From IMG/VR virus record IMGVR_UViG_2541047173_000020: DNA of 6,003 nucleotides. One strand, given 5' to 3'. Every line of letters starts with the position of its first letter. Position 1 is the stretch's first letter. The position numbers and the translations under genes were made by a program. This stretch comes from a virus (lineage: Duplodnaviria; Heunggongvirae; Uroviricota; Caudoviricetes). The notes under the pieces are model-generated. The model did no database searches and was not told the origin of the DNA. It saw only the letters and a program-made list of their open reading frames with translations. Below are positions 1 through 5,686 of this stretch, in pieces.

Positions 1-763
1 CCGATACAACACGGCGGGAAGAATCAGTAATCTGTCGAACAATATCCCGGTGCTTGTTCAGCTCCCGCAGCGCGGCGCAGACTCGCTCCCACTTCTGAAC
101 ATCACTTTTCGCCCTGCGCAGCGCCAGGTTTGCCCTGCGAAGGGACGGAAAAATCAGCTCATCTGCTTGCGTTTCGGTAAACGATGGCAACGGCTGCACA
201 ATGTCCGCCACAGTTTCTGTTTTAATTTCTTCCTGTGTTGCGGCTTCCCGGACTGGTAACGCAGCACCTGCTGGCTGAGGAAAGGCCTTACCATCACTTT
301 CCGTTACCAGCGCGGCTTTCGGCTCTGCTGGTAAATTATCGCCCGGCATGCAGTAACGAAATTTACCGTTCTGATTAACGCGTGCCAGCCGCCCCGTTGC
401 GGTTACCACCGCCAGCGTGGAAGCAACCTTGCGAGTACTGACACCGAACTTACCCGCCAGTTCCTCACACGTTTTAGCCCCATCCTGACCGATAAACTCA
501 ATCATCATGTCTGCGGTAACTTTTTGTTCGACCTCCCCGGTCAGCATATCCTGTGCTTCAGATTTTACTGGCCGCTCTTCGGTTACCCGGGATTCACCTT
601 CGCCAGCCAGAAACCAGGTGTGACCAGTTTTATCAACGACGCCATTTATTTTGAGTTCCCACAGCTCGTTGACAGCCTCTTCACGACTGATTCCAAGGCG
701 AGCTGCCACCACATGTGAAGAGGCTTTTTTCAGTGCTTTCAGTGCGTCAGATACGGTTTCCAT
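1..763 (-). CDS. Hypothetical phage protein, 5' portion only (about 254 codons; continues past the left window edge)
   Basis: Hand translation of the reverse complement from ATG (plus 761-763) is open to position 2 with no stop (METVSDALKALKKASSHVVAARLGISREEAVNELWELKINGVV...). GGAGGA lies 8 nt upstream of the ATG. Start is 23 nt downstream of the DnaC-like stop, same strand. Absent from the ORF track because no stop lies in the window. Two internal segments resemble each other (ARLGISREEAVNEL and GKFGVSTRKVASTL), suggesting tandem HTH/winged-helix-like repeats. Function not recognised. Confidence 0.65.
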   Translation of the reverse strand, partial: METVSDALKALKKASSHVVAARLGISREEAVNELWELKINGVVDKTGHTWFLAGEGESRVTEERPVKSEAQDMLTGEVEQKVTADMMIEFIGQDGAKTCEELAGKFGVSTRKVASTLAVVTATGRLARVNQNGKFRYCMPGDNLPAEPKAALVTESDGKAFPQPAGAALPVREAATQEEIKTETVADIVQPLPSFTETQADELIFPSLRRANLALRRAKSDVQKWERVCAALRELNKHRDIVRQITDSSRRVVS

Positions 764-784
764 TAAAATTTCCTCCGGACAAAA

Positions 785-1531
785 TTACTTCACAACCCTC
801 ATATTGCTGACATTTGGACGCCAGCTATCCCAGTTAAACGTCACCCATCGACCACCGTTCATGGTCATGCGGTCCATAATCCTCTCACCAAGAAGTGTAC
901 TCATTGCGGCATGATTCAGGTTTGTTAACATCCCGACACTGCACAGTGATGCTGTCCGGCGATCAATTATCTGGTGTAATACCACCTGCTCGTTTTTCGT
1001 CTCCCGCTGAACGCCTATTTCATCCAGGACCAGCAAATCAACACTGCAAAGCTCCTGTAAAAATTTTTCCCCGGATTTGCCGTTGTCGTAGCTGTCATGC
1101 AACACGCTCATGACATCAGACACGGTGACGATAATCACGCTGCGCCCCTTCGCCATCAGCCGGTTACCCATCGCCGCTGCAAGGTGATTTTTCCCGGTGC
1201 CGGTTTTACCGCTGAACACAAAATTCGTGCACCCGGTCATCAGTTCGTCAGCTATGGATTTGGCCTGGCTCAGCGCGTATTTTTGCCCGTCGTTCTGCAC
1301 CTGATAATTCGCAAACGAGCATTTGCTGTGCAGAGGCTGGATGCCCGAACGATTCAGGATTTTTTCCACCCGCAACTGGTGATTCTGGCGGTTAATCTCC
1401 TCGCTGCGTTTTCGTCCTTCAGCAAGTTGCCATTCCCGCCACTCCTCCACCGTCCGGTACGGTGGAACCGACGCCTGTGGTGCAAGTCTGCGAATACGTT
1501 CAAGAACCCCGGCTGCCGCAATGTTTTTCAT
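785..1531 (-). CDS. DnaC-like replicative helicase loader (AAA+ ATPase, DnaC/IstB family), phage replication protein P analog
   Basis: 248-aa ORF with P-loop SGKTGTGKNHLAAA and Walker B LLVLDEIG; close resemblance to E. coli DnaC throughout as recalled from memory (NRSGI..., ...LTNLN...LGERIMDRM). ATG at 1529-1531 lies 6 nt after the stop of the upstream replication gene (1538-1540), indicating translational coupling. Confidence 0.9.
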   Translation of the reverse strand: MKNIAAAGVLERIRRLAPQASVPPYRTVEEWREWQLAEGRKRSEEINRQNHQLRVEKILNRSGIQPLHSKCSFANYQVQNDGQKYALSQAKSIADELMTGCTNFVFSGKTGTGKNHLAAAMGNRLMAKGRSVIIVTVSDVMSVLHDSYDNGKSGEKFLQELCSVDLLVLDEIGVQRETKNEQVVLHQIIDRRTASLCSVGMLTNLNHAAMSTLLGERIMDRMTMNGGRWVTFNWDSWRPNVSNMRVVK

Positions 1532-1537
1532 GCCACA

Positions 1538-2629
1538 TCACCCCCTGAATCCCGGCGGAATTTCGGTATCCGGTTCAGAAATATGATTCACACAACGCTG
1601 GTTGTTCGTGCCGCTTACCGGGAGCAACCAGGGGTTTTCAAAATTCCGGTCCGGCCCAAAAAACGTCGTCGCTCGCTGAACAAATTCCGTTCCCGCTTTC
1701 CCGGTCGCCGCCAGGTATCTCGCGTAACGCCTCACACCATCCAGCATGGTCTCTGGTGGCACCCCCTCGCGCAATCTGGCCTTCCAGGCACTGAAAGCGG
1801 ATTTCTTCGGGTTTGCCCCAGCACGCAACGGGTATTCCCGCCAGACCTGTTCGAACACATCCGGATAATCCACTCGTCCCACAGACTGCCCGGTGCTTTC
1901 CGGGACTACCCGATCGGCTTCCCGCTGAATGGCGGAATCGGCTTCAGGCTGCTGCAGTTGGTGTGATTGCTCCGACCCTGCGGTCATCACCTGCTGCACA
2001 GCGCCCGAATCGGCTTCCGGTGTCGTGCCTGCTGGCTGACCAGGATTGACGGTCTGAACATCCCCTGCCTGGTTCGTGGTGTTTTTTTTGCCATGAACCA
2101 TAGTGTTTTTGTCCTGTTCCTGTTCTTTCTCCTGCTCCTGTTCCTGTTCTTGGCTTCGAAGCCCCTTAAAAGCCCCTTCGAAGCCCCTTACCGAATTTCG
2201 GCTATTATTCCGCCTCACATCCAGATGGAAATCCGTTTTATATCTGTCGTAAAACACTGACAGAAAAGCGTTTTCAGGTAATGATGCATACTCATTCCTG
2301 ACACCTGCACAACGGTTATCGCCAGGCTTCAACGTTTCCCCAACCTGCCAGGCTGCCATTTCATGGACCCAGACCATCTCTGCATCATGGTCATAGCTAC
2401 AAAAACCAGCTTCAACAGCCCTTTTAAGCCCCTTTGAAGCCCCTTCCAGACCAAGCCCGGTTTCATGAGCAAGGTATAAAACTGGCAGGTAATACAAACC
2501 CAGCATATTTGCGTGAGGGGATGTCATCAGGTAAAAAGCAACAACTTGCGCTTCTGCACCCGCCTTTCTAAGTTCTCTCCCCGTTTCTCCCAGCCAGAAT
2601 CGCGGAGAAACTTTTGCGTAATCACGCAT
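1538..2629 (-). CDS. Phage replication initiation protein (lambda O analog), 363 aa from the internal ATG; start uncertain (alternative ATG at 2740 gives 400 aa)
   Basis: Long ORF immediately upstream of and coupled to the DnaC-like gene, the standard lambdoid initiator plus helicase-loader pair. ATG at 2627-2629 (MRDYAKVSPRFW...) has GAGGT 5 nt upstream; the track start at 2740 (MSLIKAF...) has no recognisable SD. Contains an acidic (QE)n linker and two clusters of AAGCCCCTT repeats. Family assigned from gene context, not from a recognised signature. Confidence 0.75.
   Translation of the reverse strand: MRDYAKVSPRFWLGETGRELRKAGAEAQVVAFYLMTSPHANMLGLYYLPVLYLAHETGLGLEGASKGLKRAVEAGFCSYDHDAEMVWVHEMAAWQVGETLKPGDNRCAGVRNEYASLPENAFLSVFYDRYKTDFHLDVRRNNSRNSVRGFEGAFKGLRSQEQEQEQEKEQEQDKNTMVHGKKNTTNQAGDVQTVNPGQPAGTTPEADSGAVQQVMTAGSEQSHQLQQPEADSAIQREADRVVPESTGQSVGRVDYPDVFEQVWREYPLRAGANPKKSAFSAWKARLREGVPPETMLDGVRRYARYLAATGKAGTEFVQRATTFFGPDRNFENPWLLPVSGTNNQRCVNHISEPDTEIPPGFRG
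2112..2150. repeat. Imperfect tandem hexamer repeat (TCCTGT-like, about 6-7 copies) inside the replication gene
   Basis: Plus strand tcctgt tcctgt tctttc tcctgc tcctgt tcctgt tcttg; on the coding (minus) strand this encodes QEQEQEQEKEQEQDK. Confidence 0.9.
2159..2189. repeat. Iteron-like direct repeats, cluster A: 3 copies of AAGCCCCTT at 11-bp period
   Basis: AAGCCCCTT at 2159-2167, 2170-2178 and 2181-2189, seen directly in the sequence. Confidence 0.85.
2417..2458. repeat. Iteron-like direct repeats, cluster B: 3-4 copies of AGCCC(C)TT at 10-11-bp period, same orientation as cluster A
   Basis: agccctttt (2417-2425), aagcccctttg (2426-2436), aagccccttcc (2437-2447), plus a partial aagccc at 2453-2458. 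Lies about 258 bp from cluster A with a moderately AT-rich segment between. Confidence 0.8.
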
Positions 2630-2846
2630 GGCTACCTCATCTGGTGCCGAACCTTCCTCCGGATATAATCTGTGGTTCCCAATCGACAGAACCAGAGGAG
2701 GTTCGACATGTATTTTTTGAAAAGCCTTTATCAGGCTCATGTATTAAATGTTGCAGCAACAAACCGCTGGTGTAACAGCCCCGAAATGCTCCCGGATTAC
2801 AGAGCCTGGCTGCGCGCCGAAACATACCTTCGTCTCGACATATTGA

Positions 2847-3356
2847 TTAGCGAACTTCAAAAAGAGACTGCATCCATTCATAACCTTCAGGGTATCGACG
2901 CTGTTCGCATTCTGGTATCGCGCCATAGTGCTCTCTCAATAATTGAAGTGCGTCATCTCTCTTTTTCTGAACTGATTTTCTTGCTTCAACCAGCTCTGGA
3001 ATCAGCGAATATCCCGCCGGAAGTGATCCAATACCCACCTCATGTTGACGAGCAGTTACAAGATGTGCCATACAACCAGCGTGCTGGATTGACTCCCTGC
3101 TCAGAGGCTGAATGGGATCACTCTCTGCTGAAGAAATACCAAGATTTGTATAATCCTCAATAAGCCCGGCACACGCTTCTGCATCAGCCAGCTTTATTCT
3201 GGTTTCCTTGCGCTGTTCTCTGGCTGACAAACGCCAGAGCAGCGCATTAGCTTTATGTATCAACCACTCTGCCAGCTCCACATCAGATAAACCGCCACGC
3301 CAGATGTGCGGACTGTTTTCGTAAACGCTCAGTGTCAATTTTTTGTCATTACTCAT
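2847..3356 (-). CDS. Hypothetical protein, 169 aa, function unknown (extra gene between the CII-like gene and the replication initiator)
   Basis: ATG at 3354-3356 (MSNDKKLTLSVYENSPHIW...) lies 13 nt after the ydaT-like stop (3370-3372), same strand, so likely co-transcribed; the track ORF (2847..3407, 186 aa) begins further upstream inside ydaT. By hand count, first-codon-position G is about 34% here against about 26% for the overlapping plus-strand ORF, favouring this strand. SD is weak. No family recognised. Confidence 0.6.
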   Translation of the reverse strand: MSNDKKLTLSVYENSPHIWRGGLSDVELAEWLIHKANALLWRLSAREQRKETRIKLADAEACAGLIEDYTNLGISSAESDPIQPLSRESIQHAGCMAHLVTARQHEVGIGSLPAGYSLIPELVEARKSVQKKRDDALQLLREHYGAIPECEQRRYPEGYEWMQSLFEVR

Positions 3357-3369
3357 ATTTATTACCCAA

Positions 3370-3795
3370 TTAATGCACAGCCAGAGTGTTTCCTGCCGGG
3401 CCACCACGATTCATCTGATCGAACAGAACGATCGCTGATGCAACGAAATCATCAATATCTTTCACCAGCCGTTCCTTCGTCTCTACCAACTCCCGAAAAT
3501 AAGCGGAACTGTGGCTGCGCATTCGGGCCACCAGCGGAGGCGGCATCGCTTTTTCGATCGCTGGTAACAACGCCTGAATTTTTTTAACCGCATCAGGAGT
3601 GTCTTTCTCCACCCAGCGGAAAATTTTCTGAGTATTGCGAGCCATGGCTTCCGGATGGCTGTCGTCATACAGTTCCGGGAACGTCATTCCCAGCTCGAAA
3701 TACGCTTTGGTAATTTTCGCAGCCGGTACTTTTTCGCCGTCCGGATGCGCCCAGACATTCATCGCCATGCGGATGTGTTCATGCTTGATTTTCAT
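3370..3795 (-). CDS. ydaT: YdaT-like protein (proposed CII functional analog of Rac/CP-933P-type prophages), 141 aa
   Basis: Start MKIKHEHI... matches my recollection of the YdaT family N-terminus; sits directly downstream of the Cro-like gene with an ATGA start/stop overlap (ATG 3793-3795, TGA 3792-3794). GGAG lies 7 nt upstream. Family call is from memory, not a search. Confidence 0.75.
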   Translation of the reverse strand: MKIKHEHIRMAMNVWAHPDGEKVPAAKITKAYFELGMTFPELYDDSHPEAMARNTQKIFRWVEKDTPDAVKKIQALLPAIEKAMPPPLVARMRSHSSAYFRELVETKERLVKDIDDFVASAIVLFDQMNRGGPAGNTLAVH

Positions 3796-4094
3796 GAATC
3801 AACTCCATCAGATAAGCATGCACTACAATCACCTTCAGCATGAACTACATGTGTTTGCCCCAAACGAATGCCGCTCGCATACTCAGGCCAAATAAGCTCC
3901 CAATCATGGGGTCGTAGCTCCGCCCTACTTACTTGGCCTTCCGTCGCAGATTCGATCATAAGGGCGCGGGTTGGAGATATAGCTGTTCGTCCAGACGCCA
4001 TTTGCGATAAGTAAGATGGCGATACACCAAGTCTGGCCGCGAATTTCTTAGCATCACCAACCCTTAATGATTTAATAAACTCTTTTAATGTCAT
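3792..4094 (-). CDS. ydaS: Cro-like HTH regulator (YdaS family), 100 aa
   Basis: N-terminal HTH-like segment AKKFAARLGVSPSYLSQMASGRTAIS; GAGGAAGG SD directly upstream of the ATG (4092-4094); first gene of the minus-strand operon, divergent from the repressor-like gene, which is the classic cro position. Confidence 0.85.
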   Translation of the reverse strand: MTLKEFIKSLRVGDAKKFAARLGVSPSYLSQMASGRTAISPTRALMIESATEGQVSRAELRPHDWELIWPEYASGIRLGQTHVVHAEGDCSACLSDGVDS

Positions 4095-4122
4095 ACCTTC
4101 CTCGGTTTAGTGTTTTTTTGCG

Positions 4123-4152
4123 AGTTTAGTGTTTAATAAACCATTAAGTCAA
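4123..4152 (-). promoter_or_regulatory. Putative pR-like promoter for the ydaS operon (TTGACT, 18-nt spacer, TAAACT) overlapping operator motifs
   Basis: On the minus strand the -35 TTGACT is plus 4147-4152 and the -10 TAAACT is plus 4123-4128. The perfect palindrome GTTTA-A-TAAAC (4131-4141) lies in the spacer. TTTAGTG motifs occur at 4106-4112 and 4125-4131. Inferred from consensus only. Confidence 0.4.
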
Positions 4153-4156
4153 GTAT

Positions 4157-4185
4157 TTGCTTGTTTAGTGATTACTAAAGATAAT
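4157..4185 (+). promoter_or_regulatory. Putative pRM-like promoter for paaR2 (TTGCTT, 17-nt spacer, GATAAT), predicted to give a leaderless or near-leaderless mRNA
   Basis: -35 TTGCTT at 4157-4162 and -10 GATAAT at 4180-4185; the ATG of the regulator is at 4192 with no SD upstream. The spacer contains the inverted repeat TTTAGT-gatt-ACTAAA (4164-4179). Confidence 0.45.
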
Positions 4186-4191
4186 TACCAC

Positions 4192-4563
4192 ATGCAAAAA
4201 AAAGAAATTCGCCGTTTACGTCTCAAGGAGTGGTTTAAAGATAAAACTCTGCCACCCAAAGAGAAGAGCTACCTATCTCAACTAATGAGTGGGAGAGCCT
4301 CGTTTGGAGAAAAGGCTGCCAGAAGAATAGAGCAAACATACGGGATGCCGGAAGGGTATCTGGATGCGGAATACGCAGAACAACCGGGGGGTTCTCCACC
4401 ACATGCAGGGTTAACGTCTAATCAACTGGAATTATTGCAGATTTTTTCAGCCTTCCCTGAGGATGAGCAACGCCAGATAATCAGCGAGTTAAAGCAGAAA
4501 AAAGAATCAATGGAAGATCTCATAGCGAGATGGATTGCGGCGCAAAAATGCCGCCGCGCCTGA
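4192..4563 (+). CDS. paaR2: CI-type HTH transcriptional regulator, PaaR2-like (first gene of the three-component TA operon; putative prophage repressor analog), 123 aa
   Basis: MQKKEIRRLRLKEWFKDKTLPPKEKSYLSQLMSGRASFGEKAARRIEQTYGMPEGYLD resembles a phage CI-repressor-type HTH domain with no S24 peptidase domain. Divergent from the cro-like gene and followed by antitoxin and ParE toxin genes. The track start at 4129 is a GTG inside the operator region and is judged unlikely. Confidence 0.8.
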   Translation: MQKKEIRRLRLKEWFKDKTLPPKEKSYLSQLMSGRASFGEKAARRIEQTYGMPEGYLDAEYAEQPGGSPPHAGLTSNQLELLQIFSAFPEDEQRQIISELKQKKESMEDLIARWIAAQKCRRA

Positions 4564-4583
4564 GTTATAAAACCGGAGGAAAC

Positions 4584-4775
4584 ATGAATAGAGCCCTTTC
4601 ACCAATGGTTTCTGAATTTGAAACCATTGAACAAGAAAACAGTTACAACGAATGGCTGCGTGCGAAAGTAGCAACGAGCCTTGCAGATCCGCGCCCAGCA
4701 ATTCCCCATGACGAAGTTGAGCGCAGAATGGCAGAACGCTTTGCTAAGATGCGCAAGGAACGGAGCAAGCAGTAA
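4584..4775 (+). CDS. paaA2: Antitoxin of a ParE-family toxin, PaaA2-like, 63 aa
   Basis: GGAGGA SD at 4575-4580, ATG at 4584; 63-aa charged product (MNRALSPMVSEFETIEQENSYNEWLRAKV...) directly upstream of and almost abutting the ParE-like gene (stop TAA 4773-4775, next ATG 4777). Size and gene order match the PaaA2 antitoxin as I recall it. Confidence 0.85.
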   Translation: MNRALSPMVSEFETIEQENSYNEWLRAKVATSLADPRPAIPHDEVERRMAERFAKMRKERSKQ

Positions 4776-4776
4776 A

Positions 4777-5055
4777 ATGTTACCCGTGTTATGGCTTGAA
4801 AGCGCAGATACCGACCTAGATGATATAACTAGTTATATTGCTCGTTTCGACATAGATGCGGCTGAACGCTTATGGCAGCGATTAAGGGGTTGTGTGCTGC
4901 CGTTATCCGAACATCCGTATTTATACCCACCAAGCGACAGAGTACCTGGCTTGCGTGAGATTGTAGCCCACCCTAACTATATAATTCTATACCGCGTAAC
5001 AACATCAAGCGTTGAAGTAGTAAACGTGATCCACGCAAGACGCCAGTTTCCCTAA
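4777..5055 (+). CDS. parE2: ParE/RelE-superfamily toxin, ParE2-like, 92 aa
   Basis: Product MLPVLWLESADTDLDDITSYIARF...REIVAHPNYIILYRVTTSSVEVVNVIHARRQFP has the size and layout of ParE toxins; starts 1 nt after the antitoxin stop. Confidence 0.85.
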   Translation: MLPVLWLESADTDLDDITSYIARFDIDAAERLWQRLRGCVLPLSEHPYLYPPSDRVPGLREIVAHPNYIILYRVTTSSVEVVNVIHARRQFP

Positions 5056-5073
5056 CTTTCACTACCAATAGAA

Positions 5074-5120
5074 ACATAACAACCGCAACGACTTTATCAA
5101 AAGCGTTGTGTTTGTTATGT
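5074..5120 (+). terminator. Imperfect hairpin downstream of parE2, possible terminator (tIMM analog) or protein-binding inverted repeat
   Basis: Arms 5074-5090 (acataacaaccgcaacg) and 5104-5120 (cgttgtgtttgttatgt) pair at 15 of 17 positions around a 13-nt loop; a T-rich run (tttagttttt, 5128-5137) follows about 8 nt later. The stem is AT-rich and not a textbook intrinsic terminator. Confidence 0.3.
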
Positions 5121-5139
5121 CCCGCGGTTTAGTTTTTAC

Positions 5140-5167
5140 TTGACTTAAGTTTAATGTTTATTAAACT
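5140..5167 (+). promoter_or_regulatory. Putative pL-like promoter (TTGACT, 16-nt spacer, TAAACT) with operator palindrome; an inverted copy of the pR block
   Basis: -35 TTGACT at 5140-5145 and -10 TAAACT at 5162-5167; palindrome GTTTA-T-TAAAC at 5156-5166. The reverse complement of 5135-5166 closely matches 4125-4153 (shared ...GTTTAATAAAC..ATTAA..TTAAGTCAAGTA). Confidence 0.4.
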
Positions 5168-5485
5168 AAAAATACCAACCCACCCCGCCCCACAGAACGC
5201 AGGGAAATACTTCGAGTTACCAAGCAGTGGTCAGGGGGTAAGTAGCCAGCCCGAGGCGTATGAACATGACGGCAGGGTTCAACTTTAATAACTATGCAGC
5301 AGTTTTTTGTTCCGCTACCCCGGCGTTAAGGGGAAACAGAGGGTTTCTCAGTGGGCGAAGTCAAACATCAGAATGGAAGGCATCCCGGGATCGGCAAAGA
5401 AGCAGCAATGGCGCTTTATATTGACATCAGCGCCATTGCAGGACAGGTAAGAGTTATCAGAGCGGTAACTAAGCGGTATGCGCCT

Positions 5486-5686
5486 TTACTTCAGAAAGTC
5501 TCTGGTGAGTGCACCGAAGATATTGTCAACGATTTCGTCATCGAACTGCGAGGACTCATCTTCAGTTACAAGGTGACCACAATTTTTGCAGATGGCTCCC
5601 GCGAAACTGTCAGAGCCCTGCGGCTTAAAGGATGTGTCAAAGACTTCGCCACCACATTCTGGGCAAGAAAACTTGATTGTATTCAT
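5486..5686 (-). CDS. Small zinc-ribbon protein, 66 aa from the ATG (two CxxCG knuckles: CPECGG and CKNCGH), function unknown
   Basis: ATG at 5684-5686 with GAGAGGAAA SD about 7 nt upstream; the track start at 5692 is a TTG. Cysteine pairs are spaced in a classic zinc-ribbon pattern and the C-terminus is acidic. An overlapping plus-strand ORF (5351/5408..5707) exists, so strand assignment is uncertain; second-codon-position composition (hand count A 22, T 18, C 14, G 12 of 66) mildly favours this strand. Confidence 0.5.
   Translation of the reverse strand: MNTIKFSCPECGGEVFDTSFKPQGSDSFAGAICKNCGHLVTEDESSQFDDEIVDNIFGALTRDFLK

Noticed and set aside
50-914. Plus-strand ORFs 50-259, 524-718 and 651-914
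   Set aside because: All lie antisense to the open minus-strand reading frame 2-763 (or to the DnaC-like gene end); no SD, and the products are low-complexity.
895-1113. 72-aa plus-strand ORF
   Set aside because: Antisense inside the DnaC-like gene; Cys/Arg-rich shadow ORF.
1097-1966. 289-aa plus-strand ORF
   Set aside because: Lies antisense across both the DnaC-like and replication genes, spans their junction, and is Arg/Pro-rich with no start signal; a typical shadow ORF.
1813-2260. Plus-strand ORFs 1813-2049 and 1967-2260
   Set aside because: Antisense to the replication initiator gene; the second is simply the hexamer repeat read on the other strand (poly-Leu/Phe).
2637-2926. Minus-strand ORFs 2637-2825 and 2744-2926
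   Set aside because: Short, out of frame with the supported minus-strand genes, no SD; overlap the stronger candidates.
3306-3895. ORFs 3306-3587 (+), 3483-3668 (-), 3635-3895 (+) and 3655-3843 (+)
   Set aside because: All overlap the ydaT-like and ydaS-like genes in other frames or strands; no start signals; compositionally shadow-like.
4129-4191. Extended start of the regulator at 4129 (track ORF 4129-4563)
   Set aside because: The first codon is a GTG inside the operator/promoter block and the extension would be translated across the divergent promoter; ATG 4192 downstream of a good promoter is more plausible.
4530-4583. Upstream extension of paaA2 (track start at 4530) and of parE2 (track start at 4681)
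   Set aside because: These extensions overlap the preceding genes and lack SDs; the internal ATGs at 4584 and 4777 have an SD or tight coupling and give the expected 63-aa and 92-aa products.
4507-4701. 64-aa minus-strand ORF
   Set aside because: Antisense across the paaR2 end and paaA2; no SD; hydrophobic shadow-like product.
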